In this document: one piece after another, positions 1 to 11,887 of the stretch
Layout: every line of letters starts with the position of its first letter
How positions within the stretch are numbered: the first letter of the stretch is position 1
Source of the DNA: the human T2T-CHM13v2.0 reference genome, Homo sapiens
DNA: 64,000 nucleotides
Direction: 5' to 3' (one strand)
NCBI RefSeq assembly: GCF_009914755.1
Contig: NC_060935.1
Translations under genes and position numbers: made by a program
The notes under the pieces: model-generated
Databases searched by the model: none
What the model saw: the letters and a program-made list of their open reading frames with translations, nothing else
What the model was told of the DNA's origin: nothing

Positions 1-859
1 ACCTTTGTATGGGGAGGAGGGGATTTGGTCATTGTTACCGGGAGAAAATTTGCCGCTTTTCATGAGCTTCTCAAAGAGGCCTGTGGACTCATTCTGGGCA
101 CTGATTAGGAAACCTGTTCTCACTCAATTGTGCTTCAGTTTTTTTCTCACCAAGTGGCCTGAGACTGCCTACTTAATAGGGTATTGGGTGGCAATAGTTG
201 AAATGCTGTTAGAAGATTTTTAGTCCTGACTATCCCAATTCCTATTGTTAAAGAAGAAAACAAACAAAAACCCATGAGGACAAAGGAGAAAATCCACAAG
301 AATCATTCAGAAAATTCTGTTGGCATGGCTCATAGCTTGGAGGCACTTTCTTTATTCTGAGTAGTTAAAAATCCAGAGTGTGCCTCAGGAAACCTGGGCT
401 TCAATTTTAGCAGAGCCACTAATATTACAGAAGCCACATATCTTCTCTGCACTGCAGATTTCTTCTTTTGTAAGACAATAGATGATGAAGATGATGGACA
501 ATGATGTTAAACATTTACTGAGCTCTTACTACTCATCAGGCACCACTCACTTAACATTTATAACAGCCCCATAAGGGAAGGACTCTGCGTCATTCCTGTT
601 AGAGAGATGGGGAACAAAAGCCCCAAGAGAGGGTTCCAGCTAATGCAGTGGGAGGTAGCAGCTCTGCATCCAAACCCAGGTCTAAGGACACAGAAACACG
701 TGCTAAATGACCACTCACAGTGCTTTTTGGGTCTGTTCTCTGTTGAAGCTTTATGGGAATTATTATTGTCATTATTATTGAAATTAGTCACAGCCTAACC
801 CCGCTCTTATCAGAAATATTTTGAAAAATGCCATTTGCTTGCTTGCTTTCTGCTTTCAG

Positions 860-949
860 GGACCGGAACACCCGAATCCTGGGAAGAGTTTCAGCGCCCG
901 AGGCTTCCCACGACACTGTTACCTTCCGGACAGCGAGAAAGGGAGAAAA
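860..949 (+). CDS. DTX4: DTX4 penultimate coding exon (Deltex C-terminal domain): [30 protein letters not shown]
   Basis: Polypyrimidine acceptor ...ctttcag|GGA and donor AAA|gtaaga; 90 nt, phase 0-0; the peptide is the Deltex DTC motif HPNPG..F.ARGFPR.CYLPD and joins in frame to the exon at 5849. Confidence 0.95.
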
Positions 950-1169
950 GTAAGACCGGAAGTTTCCACATAGAACTAGGTTTTAGAATAGATCGGGCAG
1001 TTTACTTCTATGTCAAGGCCTAAAGTTTTGCTTCTTACAATGCACAGACCAAAGAGAACTGTGTCTCTTTTAAGTCTAGATGCACACAGTAACAAGGTCA
1101 AATTTGAGTCAACCATAGGTGGGGTGGCTACGATTAGAATTAGGTGGGTGGGAGTGGACATTTAGTTTG

Positions 1170-1530
1170 TGTATTAGCCTGTTCTCACGCTGCTAATAAA
1201 GACATAAATGAAACTGGGTAATTTATGAAGGAAAGAGGTTTAATTGACTCTCAGTTCCACGTGGCTGGGAAGTCCCCAAAATCATGGCAGAAGATGAAAG
1301 GCAACTCTTATATGGTGGCAGTCAAGAAAGAATGAGAGCCAAGTGAAAGGGGAAACCCCTTATAAAACCATCAGATCTTGTGACACTTATTCACTACCAT
1401 GAGAACAGTATAGGGGAAACTGCCCCCATGATTCAGTTATCTCCCACTGGGTCCCTCCCACAGCATGTGGGAATTATGGGAACTACAATTCAAGATGAGG
1501 TTTGGGTGGGGACACAGCCAAACCATGTCA
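1170..1530 (-). mobile_element. THE1-type MaLR solo LTR
   Basis: TG...CA termini, THE1 consensus-like ends, 5-bp TSD gtttg at 1165-1169 and 1531-1535. Confidence 0.85.
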
Positions 1531-1596
1531 GTTTGTTTCCTCTCTCGGGTATTAGTGGCAATAATTCATCTATTTTAAGATCCTGTGTCTAGAGCC

Positions 1597-1740
1597 CTGC
1601 TGCTTAAACGCTGGTCCTGGGACCAGCGCCAGTGGCACCACATAGGAGCTTGATAGAAATGCAGAACCAGAAGCCACTTCATCTTAACGAGATGCGTAGC
1701 TGATCTGACAACACATTGAAGCTGGAGAAACACTGGTCTG
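1597..1740. mobile_element. MER5A-like hAT-Charlie remnant
   Basis: MER5-type motifs (gagcttgatagaaatgcaga; tggagaaacactggtct). Confidence 0.55.
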
Positions 1741-2135
1741 GGATAGGGATCTTAATATGTAGATTATTTTCTTTGTATGTACTTTCATATTATTTGACTT
1801 TTTCCCAAAAGGGCAGAGAAAACAATCATTGGGTTTCTGGATTCCTAGTGATTCATGATTAGGCTTCAGTGGTTCTATGAACTCTAAAATTAGAATAAAA
1901 AATTTATGTTTGTATTTCTATGGATGAGGCCAGAAAATCATTGGATTTTCAAAATCTTTCCCGATCTCAAAAGGAGTAGGAACCATTGATCTAAAGGGAG
2001 TATTGGGGGGAATATTAGACAAGATATATTTTAGTGAGCTTTCTCTCCAAATTTCCGCTGCTTACTTCAACAAGTATTTATTCGTCATGCACTTTGCTTG
2101 TCAGCAGCTATGGCTATGCTGTTGCTGTGGGTCAG

Positions 2136-2511
2136 TGTCTTAGTCTGTTCTGGCTGCTGTAACACAGTGCCATAGACGGGGTGCCTTATAAACAATAGAC
2201 ACTTATGTCTCACAATTCTGGAACCTGAGAAGTCCAAGATCAAGGCACAGGCGGGTTTAGTGTCTGGCTAGGACTTGTTCATATGAACCCATCCTGGTTT
2301 GTAAATGGTGCCTTCTCACTGTGTCCCCACATGGTAGAAGGGGCAAGGGGTTTCTCTGGGGCCTCTTTTATAAGGGCACTAATGTCATCCATTAGGGTTC
2401 TGCTGTCATTACCTAATCACCTCTCCAAGGACCCACCTTCTAATACTGTCACCTTGGGGGTGAGGATTTCAACATAGCAATTTCGTGAGGACACATATTC
2501 AGACCATAGCA
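2136..2511 (-). mobile_element. MLT1A-like MaLR LTR
   Basis: tgtcttagtctgttctggctgctgtaaca...ttcagaccatagca termini. Confidence 0.7.
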
Positions 2512-3429
2512 GCAGCTTCAGTCGGCTCCACGTGTCTTCCTGTTCTGCAGGCCAGGTGGAAGGAGCAGCCCTCCTGTGGCCCATGCCCTTCCCATGGAAG
2601 GGGGCAGAGGACAAACAGAGAACCCAAGCGGAAGTGTGTAATCCCATTTAGAGCCCCTGGATGCTTGTTACTTCCACTCACCCTTCACAGGCCCCAACAA
2701 GTCCTGGGCAAGCCAGATAAGGGGTGGGACAGTGACCTTTCTACAGGGAGGCACTTTGGGTTTCATGTCAAAGGGTATGGATATGGTCTCCCCCTACAGG
2801 TGGCAGGCAGGTATTTTGGAAGAAATAGAAAATCAACCACACTGAGAAGATGTGCGAGTGCAGTGTCCCCAGATTAGGGGTCAGGACCATCCCTGATACT
2901 GTTTACCTTGAAGAGCCAGATTTCTGTGCTTGAGCCCTGGAGCTACATCCCAACTGTTGGCGAAATGCCTCCACTGTAAAGTCCTGCGGTTAAAACTAGA
3001 ATCCTGTTGCCAAGAGCTGCTTTTCTTCCAGGCCTCCCTCTTTATGTTAATGACATATTCAGAGTCCCTGGTACCCAGATGGGCACATTAACCTTCTTGG
3101 ACTCCTGTTCTTATCCACTGCATCCATTTAGCTCATTCCTCCCTGCACTCACTGCCTTCCAAACCACTAGACTCCTCTTCTAACCCTGCCACTGCCAACA
3201 TAGATAAGACTTCATCTTTTACCTGCTACCAGGTTAGTTTCAAACAGTTTCTAGAATCAAGCTTTTTGTGTGTAAAAGAAATAAAATGAAGAAACAACAA
3301 AGTGCACTCTTCTCAGCTTGACATATAAGACCTACTACAGTGTGAGTTAAACCTTCTCCTCACACCAATTTCTCATCCTTATCCTTCACATTTGCTGTTC
3401 CAGGACCCTAACCTTGGGCTTCCTTGTAG

Positions 3430-3950
3430 ATTGAAGTATAATTAGAGGATGGGCTTTGAAGCCAGACCAGCCTGGGTTCAAGTCCCATTTCTGCCATTTA
3501 CTAGCTGTGGGAACTGGTTGGCTTCATGTCTTGAAGTCTCAGTTTCCTAATCTGTAAAATAGTGGTGATGATTTGCATCTGTATGGACAGGATGTTGGAA
3601 AAATTAAATGAAAATATCATTTGTAAAATGCACAGCATAGTGACAGCAATTGTAATTTATCCATGCCTTGGGTTTATATTTGTTTACTATGTCTATACAT
3701 CCTTCTCTATTGATATGCCCCCAAATCCTTCCCTTCCTTTACTACTCAGCTCAGAAGCAACCTCCATGAATTCTAGACTGATTCCCATCTGAGAGTCAAC
3801 AGAGTGGTGATTCAGACCATGGGCTATGGAGTCAGGCAGTCCTGAAATCAATCCCTTAACCCCACCGCCCCTAGCCACTTACTAGCTATAAGACCAAGGC
3901 AAGTCTTTTACCTTTTGAGCCTCTGTTTCCTTGAGAGGGATGATGAGAGT
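3430..3950. mobile_element. Two MIR SINE fragments (~3430-3650 and ~3815-3950)
   Basis: MIR core motifs ctgggttcaagtccc...ctcagtttcctaatctgtaaaat and ccacttactagct...gagcctctgtttcc. Confidence 0.6.
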
Positions 3951-3951
3951 C

Positions 3952-4961
3952 CAGTTTTCTGTCATTTAATGACAGGGATATCATTATTATTAGACAGCTT
4001 CATCATCATACAAACATCGCAGAGTGTACTTACACAAAACTAGATGGAATAGCCTATTACACAGCTAGGCAATATGGTATAGCCTATTGCTTCTAGGCTA
4101 CAAACCTGTACACCATGTTATTTTATTGAATACTATAAGTAGTTGTATAATGGTAAGTATTTGTGAATCTAAACATTGAAGAGGTACAGTAAAAATACAG
4201 TATAAAAGATAAAAGTGGTATATCTGTATAAGGCACTTACCACGAATGGTACTTGCAGGACTGGAAGTAGTTTTGGGTGAATCTGTGAGTGAATGTGAAG
4301 GCCTAGGACATTGCTGTGCACTACTAAAGACTTTATAAACACTGTACACTTAAACTACACTAAATTTATTAAAACTACTTTTCTTTCTTCAATCATAAAC
4401 TAACCTTAGCTTATTGTGACTTCTCCATTTAAAAACCTTTTAACTTTTTTCACTTTTCACCTGTTTGTAACAACACAGCTTAAAACACAAACACATTGTA
4501 CAGCTGTAGAAAAATATTTTCTTTAATCCTTATTCTATAAGCTTGTTTATTTTTAAAAACTTTTTTTTTTTTTACTTCTGAAACTTTTTGTTTAAAATGA
4601 ACACACGAACATATACCTTAGCCTTGACCTACTAAGGGCAGAATCATCAGCATCACTGTCTTCCACATCCATATCTTATCCTGCTGGAAGGCCCTGGGGA
4701 CAATAACAGGAGTGGAACTGTCATCTCTTATGATAACAATGCCTTCTGGAATACCTTCTGAAGAAACTGCCTGAGGCTGTTTTACAGTTAACTTTTCTTT
4801 TCGTAAATAAGTAGGAGTGCACTCTACAATAATGATTAAAAGTACAGTATAGTAAGTACAGGGCAATAGGAATTTCTCAGCTCTATTGTAATCTTGTGAG
4901 ATCACCATTGCATATGTGTTCAGTCATTGACCAAAATGTCACTATGTGTGGCACATGGGCA
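3952..4961. mobile_element. Tigger3-family (Tigger3b-like) DNA transposon
   Basis: Diagnostic gagtgtacttacacaaa...ctagatgg...tagcctattgcttctaggctacaaacctgtac; degenerate terminal inverted repeats. Confidence 0.75.
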
Positions 4962-5848
4962 TACCTATATCATCTGATTACTGTAACGATTATATGTCCC
5001 AATGCCCAACACTGAGAAAGTAAACACTCAGGAAATAGCAGCTCATATTTCTAATGTCTGCTTTCATTACTAATACTATTATGGTTTCCTCTCCTCCAGC
5101 CCATACCATGTTTACAGTAGTTCAGTTTTCAACCCAAGACATTTTCACTGGATGCTTTTTCTTCATGCTGGACACTACTCTGACCAAGGCCTGGAACAGG
5201 GCATTAGCCACTAGTCTTGCTCAACAAACATTTTTTTTTTAATTTAACTGATTTAGAACATTCTGCAAGCCCCAAAACTTTCTTTGAGCCTCAGTTTTCT
5301 CACCTCGAGAAAGTCAGAGTGCTCCAAGATGTCACTAGAAAAATAGTGCACAGCTTCAGCTTTGGATAAATTAATACTACATTGAGGTAGTGGTGGCAGT
5401 AATGAAGGGCAGAACTTCAGAAGTTCTCAGATCATAAGCGCCTTCAACTCCTAGATCCTGTCTTTCAAAATGCAGCCGTTATGTTGGCAGATAACATTTA
5501 TCAATTAGTGCGTTGTAGGCACTGGTGTGAAAATACTTTTCATGGAGTGTCCAGTAAGATGTTCACAACGTTTAGAGGCAGATTGTACCATTGCCATTTC
5601 ATAAAAAAATTAATGTTCAGAGAGGTGCTATAACTTCTCCAAGGTCACACAGTTATTCAGTGACAGAGCCAGGACTCAGCCTGTAGCTCCCAAACTCCAA
5701 GTCCAAATCTCTTTCTTTCCCCTGGGCTGCTTAGGGTATCATGATGCAGGAAGGGATGGGGCCCTTGGGAGGATTCTCTACCGTCCAAGGGATAGTCTTT
5801 GACTGCCAATTAATGTCTGCCTTTCATGTCCCACTTTTATCCCTCTAG

Positions 5849-6082
5849 GTTCTGAAGCTGCTGCTCGTGGCCTGGGATCGCCGCCTCATTTTTGCCATTG
5901 GCACCTCCAGCACCACAGGCGAGTCAGACACCGTCATCTGGAATGAGGTCCACCACAAGACAGAGTTTGGCTCTAATCTCACTGGCCATGGCTACCCAGA
6001 TGCCAATTACCTGGATAATGTGCTGGCTGAACTGGCTGCCCAGGGCATCTCTGAGGACAGCACTGCCCAGGAGAAGGACTGA
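5849..6082 (+). CDS. DTX4: DTX4 terminal coding exon: [77 protein letters not shown]
   Basis: Acceptor ccctctag|GTT; Deltex C-terminal motifs WNEVHHKT and GHGYPD; TGA at 6080-6082; same frame as ORF 5867..6082. Confidence 0.95.
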   Translation, partial: VLKLLLVAWDRRLIFAIGTSSTTGESDTVIWNEVHHKTEFGSNLTGHGYPDANYLDNVLAELAAQGISEDSTAQEKD

Positions 6083-7870
6083 GGCCAGAAAAGCTTTGAG
6101 GTGGGAGGGGCCATGGAGACTGCAGGACAGGAAGTGAGGAGAGTGAGTCAATGTAGAAGAAGTTGGTGTCCTGCCCTCCCAACTTTCTATCCTCCCCTCC
6201 TGCCCTGTGTCCATCCCTCATCCCTCCCAACCACAGTGGGAGCCAGACTGAATATAGCGACATCATTCATAAATCTCATCCAACACAAAGGGAGATGGGA
6301 TGAGGGCCATCCTGGGTCTGTTCCCATGGAGTTTTTGGTGCTGGGTAGGCAGGAATCCCCTCCCTACCCCACCTCCCAAGTAGGGGCATGGTCAGCACAC
6401 CTAGGGTATGGGCAGTGCTTAGGCACTCCATATCCTGGCTTTGGGAAGCCGGGGTTTCTTGCCTCAGCCGGCTTCTTGCTACTTCCACTCTGCTTTGAGA
6501 CTGGAGTTTCTGCTATTCTCCCTCTGCTGGAGGCAGGGAGCTCTCACTGTGCAAGGTTGGGGGGTGGGCAAAGGGGTGAATCACTAAACTGCTGTGACAT
6601 CAGAAACTGATGCCTTGGTGTAGAGCAAGGAAGCACTTCTTCCCAAGAGGGTCGGAGAAGGAAAAGCCTCTGGGAGCACATTCTGCTGTCATCACAGTCC
6701 TTGGCTTCTCTGGGCCCTCCTCTCCTCCTCACAGCTCTCACCTGTCCAAAGAGGCATCTGGTTCTCTCATGTGGATGGATGGACTCTGGGGTTCCTCTTT
6801 GGAGTGGCATCCCATGATGCTGTTTCTAGACCCTCTCTGATCAAACCAGAGCCTGCATCCCACTGAGCATCTGAACTGTCCTCAGGGAGAGGAGCCCACA
6901 GCCTTCTTCCCAACTCATTCTAGACCAGCTCAAAGATTCCATGAGTTTCATCGAGTCACTGTGAGTGGAGCCCATGCTGGGCTCTGTGCCCTCTGTGTCT
7001 GTGCATGCGCGTGTGTGTGTGGGCGTGTGTGCATTGCTGGGCCAGCTTGAAGGGAAGGCCCGTCATGTCCCTGCACTCTGTTTTGCAAGATGCCAAACCC
7101 CAGTTCTGATGGGGCTCCAACAGCCAGGCTGTGGTCCTTTGACGTTCCTCACCTGTTGCCAACCTATCCCGTAGTGAACTGAAACCCCAATGAAGACAGA
7201 ACTGTGCCTGGGGAGATGCAATGAGGTGAGGGCTGAACTCATCCTTTTATATTTCTTTTCAAGATTGGATCAGAGCTCATCTCCATCCAGTCTTGTTTCT
7301 ATGAAGGCTTCAATCTGTTTCCATGCAAATTTGCTAATCAGAGCCCAGAGCTGCTGGGTCCCTCATCTCCCTCATCTATTATAGATTGACTTACAGCAGG
7401 GAGAGAATCTCTTTAGCTCATTCCTAATGGAGTTGGGATCACAATATGGTCTGGTCCAATCTGCATCTTGTTGTGTCCCAAGACCCTATCTCCTCCCCAA
7501 CATTCTTATTGCCTTTGGCTCCCAGTAAGGAACGAATTGGGGGCCAGGGAGGAGAACAGGGGGGATCAAGAAGGGAAACCCAATTCCCCCTTTGAAAGTG
7601 GGTTCTTTGAACTATGTGTTTGGGGGAAGTTCCTCTGGATACTAATTTGAATTTATATACCTCATGTTTTGGGGGTTTGACGTATATATATATATATATA
7701 TATGCATATATATTTCATAATATTTGGAAGGTTTTTGATGCTAGAAAAATGGAAACAAGAGAACCTTCAAAAATGGTACTTAGATGGGAACTGGAGGCCA
7801 ATCTTTCATAAAGCCAGCCCCATAGCTGCTTGCTGTTAGGCCTCCAGCCATTTTGACATTGGGGTGGATA

Positions 7871-7910
7871 GTCGATTCACCTGCCTGTCAGTCGATTCAC
7901 CTGCCTGTCA
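7871..7910 (+). repeat. Perfect 20-bp tandem duplication gtcgattcacctgcctgtca x2
   Basis: Read directly. Confidence 0.95.
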
Positions 7911-9692
7911 CCCAGTTCTGTGGATGTGCTGGTGCTGAGCCTTTGCTCTCTTTCCAAATGGTTACAGGGATGTTGATCAGCTCCACCAGAGGGAGCTCTG
8001 ATGGGAGGAATTGCTCTGCCATCCTTGTCCCTGTGTCTCCTGTCGGCAGGCAGCCATTGTATCTCACCAGCAGACCAGGAGACTGGTCCCAAGGTTACTG
8101 CACCACAGGGCAATTTCCTGCCATAGTTAGGAAGGAAACACCTGAACTAAATGGAAGAGACATCCCTGCGGTGTTTAATATCACACCCATGCCCTTTGTC
8201 AGGTTACCATGTACAGAGATTACTTGGAGAGCCTCATGCCGTCTCTACCTTCGCACACTGGTCAAGTATCTGCTGAGCTTCTTGGCCGCAAGGATGCAGA
8301 AATAGGCTGAGGGTCCATGGGAAGAAAGACACAATGAGGCAGTAGGAGGTGGGGAAGAAAAGAAGACAGACTTTCAAAATGGAATTAGGCACTGGGGAGA
8401 GATCAGTTTCCCCACATCAGGGAGAAGAAGGTATAGGTGGGGAAGGGGGTGGCCAGGAGCAGAAGGAAGAAGACTCAAGATGGAAAGGGAGCCGCTGTGC
8501 CTGTGGCAATACCACTTGGAGAGGTCGACTTCATACCTTCAAGCCTTTTCCCCTGGGCTTTTGATTGTGTCTGTGCCCCCTTTCTTGTCCTCTCTGCAGA
8601 TGCCCAGTAGGGGCTACCTCATCCTCGTGCTGTTCTTGTGTGGCTTTCTGGGCAGTAGGGATCTTGAATTTCCTTTCTAACACTGTGCCCGGCAAGGCGG
8701 GGAGCATTCCTCTGCCCTTTGTCTTGTGCCAACCTGGAAAGGTGCAGTCTAGATTTCAGTGAGAACCCTGCCAGCTGAGCCCTGTGCATCTACTACCTTG
8801 ACACAGAGTGTTTTCCCACTAGAAGCTCTGCTCTGCTCTCCTGGCCCAAGTAGGGGATTCCATGCCTTCCCTTTCATGGTCTTAGCACCAGCAGCCTAGT
8901 TTCTCCCTTCCAGAGTCTCCAGGGATGACAAATTGGATTGGAGACAAACCTCGTCAGATGCTCATCCCCTAAAAGGTTAATTGTGTATTTGTGGCTGCGT
9001 GTGCCTTTGTGTTTTCATTCTCTTCCCATTTTTGTACATTTTGGTCTTCTCTGTGGTTTTATACTTGGTCAAAAGTACTCGTCTTGGTATTGCACTGTTG
9101 TGTGCATGAGAAAACTGGGGGAAGGCTCACTGGTACAAGAAAGGACCCCTGACCCCTTTCCTTCTCTGTGGTCCCCGGCATTAGATTGGGGGTTCTGGGA
9201 GAGGCAGGTGAATGTCCTAAGTGAATTGTTCTGTTTGTAACTGGAATGTTTTTGAAGTCTTTGGTGTTGCTCCGTGAAAGGACATCGCCACCTGGTGCTC
9301 ATGAGGTGTCTTTGCAGAACAATAAATGGCAAATGAACAACCACAAAATTGTTACTCTTGTTGGCCTTCTGCTGTTTGTAGATTAGTGCACCTATCTGTG
9401 AGGGATTTGGGTTACCTCCCTGAGTCTGTAAGCAACCACAAGCCCTGCCACTGGGTGGGGGAAGTCCCTCCCCAACCACTTAAAAACAAATTTTCCACAT
9501 ATTACCCACCCACACATTTGACCTGGCTAGACTTTGTTTGCCTAAAGGAACAGACCACATTGCTGGGAAAATGAGTAAGTGAACGTGTGGGAGAAAAACA
9601 CTTTTAGAATCACGAATATTCACTTTTAAAGGTCTCTTTGCCTGGCTGCAATATAGTGTGTGTTTAAATTATTTACAGGCTGTTGTTTCTCA

Positions 9693-9706
9693 AATAAATG
9701 TTTAAT
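9693..9706. terminator. Opposed poly(A) signals: AATAAA (+, DTX4) at 9693-9698 and ATTAAA (-, MPEG1) at 9701-9706
   Basis: Sequence caAATAAAtgTTTAATatta lies between two convergent genes. Confidence 0.6.
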
Positions 9707-10890
9707 ATTAATCATTCCCAAACTGACAAGAACACAAAAATAAAATGCAAATACAGAGCCAGCTTTGTCACCCAAATCTGTGTCTATTTCTGATAGTCCA
9801 TGGAATGTGGTTTTCTTGGAAGCCAGGGTTGGTCTCCCCACAGACCCCAGGCTAAGGTCACCAGTTAGGAACCCAGGACTTGGAAGGCAGAGCCTGTGAG
9901 CTCTTCCATCAGGGATCTGACTCCGCAAAACGACTTGATGAATGCAATTGGCAAACTCCCATGTTCGGACTTCATATGCATGAGCCGTTGGACAGAGGGT
10001 TTCTTAGTATATACTTTAATGCATGTTTATGTGCAATCTTGTTAGTGGGTATACAAGTTTGTGAAGAACTTCTCATTTCAATAGGCAGTTAATGTAATGC
10101 ATTAAAAGCCTGGGAATTTGGGGCTATATTTTTCCTTTCTGACTCAATAATCTTCAAAGAATTCATAGGAAAGTCAGTACTTGCAGACAAGTGGTTAGCT
10201 TGGCTAAAATGTACAAAACACCCAGAACCCACAAAACACTCAGAGGTTTAGGAGAATGTTTTAATGCTTAAGAGGCAGGATCAAGTGAAGAGGTTACAGA
10301 AATCAGTGTCTCTGGCTGGGCAGTCAAGAGAGCGGGCTCAAATTCTGTGACTCACTTCTCTGTGTCTCGGTTGGAAATGAATGGGTATCCTGGTTCCCAC
10401 CTTCCCACACACTGTGATACTTCAAACTCCTTGGGTGAAGGGCCTCTTCTCAGCCCAAGATCTTGATTGTGAACATTAACAAAGAGAACAGTCATCCTCC
10501 ACAGAAGATAACTCATTAATGACATTTGATTCAGTGAATAAATATATCATTTAAAAAAATATTGTAGGGGGATCATGAAAGTAGTGGAGGTAATTACAAT
10601 CAGGAGAGATTGGTATTAAAATTGAGCAAAGTCCCAACTCTCACCAGATGACAATTATGCATCCTGCTAGATGCCCCAGGGCTGTCAGCCTGGAACTGAA
10701 ATAAATGTGTTATAAGTGGTGCTGGATGCCTTTTTCAGTTCATTTGAAAACATGGATTTGATCATGTCAGCTCCCTTTCTGCTGGAAAAAAAAGTAGTTT
10801 GCATAATTGGTGTTAACTACTCTGTTTTGATTCTACAGAGTAAGTAATACTCAAATGTGGTCTTACTTTAACTTCTTGCCTTTGTTACCC

Positions 10891-10917
10891 CCAGAACCAT
10901 GCAGACATTGAAATGTG

Positions 10918-10956
<39 letters not shown>

Positions 10957-11021
10957 CATATAACAGGAGGACAGGAAAGGTAAGGACCCAGAACAATGAA
11001 GACTTATTGAAATGTGGTATG

Positions 11022-11067
<46 letters not shown>

Positions 11068-11098
11068 CATATAACAGGAGGACAGGAAAGGTAATGAC
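10891..11098. repeat. ~100-bp tandem duplication, each unit containing a (TG)n microsatellite
   Basis: Unit ccagaac.atg.agac..ttgaaatgtggt-(TG)n-ttcatataacaggaggacaggaaaggtaa occurs twice. Confidence 0.9.
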
Positions 11099-11887
11099 CA
11101 TCCATGGAAGATGAAGGGGTAGTACTTAGCACCAGAATCTTTTCCAGTTTTTACCCATCTTTCATTACTCCTTGTCTCCAAATCATCCCTTCCTTAATAA
11201 CTTAAAATAACTTAAAATATTTTCTGAGGACTTGATGACACCAGTCAGAAGTCCAAGAGTGGTCTGGTATAAGGGAGTGTTCATCAAGGGGCAGCTGGAA
11301 AAAGTGGAATTGGCACAGGCAACATCTTTCTTTTCAGATGTTTGAGGTCACCCAGAGGAGATAACAGTCTGTCAACATAGAGCCCTCAAAGTTAAAAAGC
11401 AGTAGCCAGGCAAGACTTGTGTCTTTTCAGGGCTCTTCCAGGCTCTAAGAGTGTGAAATTCAGACAGGTTTTTAAAAATCAAAATAAAAGGAGAGTAGTT
11501 CTTACAGGCAGAAACTCTTAGAGCTCACAAATTGGAAACAACTGCAAACTTCAGAGTAAATTCATAGCTTCCAAATACAAATGTTCACATTGTCCCTCCG
11601 CTATTTTTACACAAATGCATTCAGGTGAAGACAGCAACACACATTGGGAAAGGACATCTGCTTCCTATTTTAGTCCCAGAATCACTTTTGCTTCTAGTCC
11701 CAACTGTTCCCTCTCCCCAATCCCAACCTTATCCATGTAACAGTATGAATTTCCTGGCCCAGAGACCTAAACAAGAAGTCACGAATATACCTACTTTTGG
11801 TTGCACTTGCCATTTCAATGCTTAGGAAAACAGAGTGGTCAGCAATGACCACACTGGAGATGAGAGAAACCATTTTCGGGGAGAGAT

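Larger units (their letters stand above)
6083..9765 (+). other. DTX4: DTX4 3' UTR (end approximate)
   Basis: Follows the stop codon; largely free of interspersed repeats; AATAAA at 9321-9326, 9693-9698 and 9739-9744. Confidence 0.7.
9680..11887 (-). other. MPEG1: MPEG1 3' UTR (end approximate)
   Basis: Downstream of the MPEG1 stop on the - strand up to the ATTAAA at 9701-9706. Confidence 0.6.

Noticed and set aside
6101-9574. ORFs of 100-169 aa downstream of the DTX4 stop
   Set aside because: They lie in the 3' UTR and show no domain similarity or coding signal
10891-11098. Repeat-spacer-repeat look resembling a CRISPR array
   Set aside because: Only two units, a microsatellite core, human 3' UTR context and no cas genes
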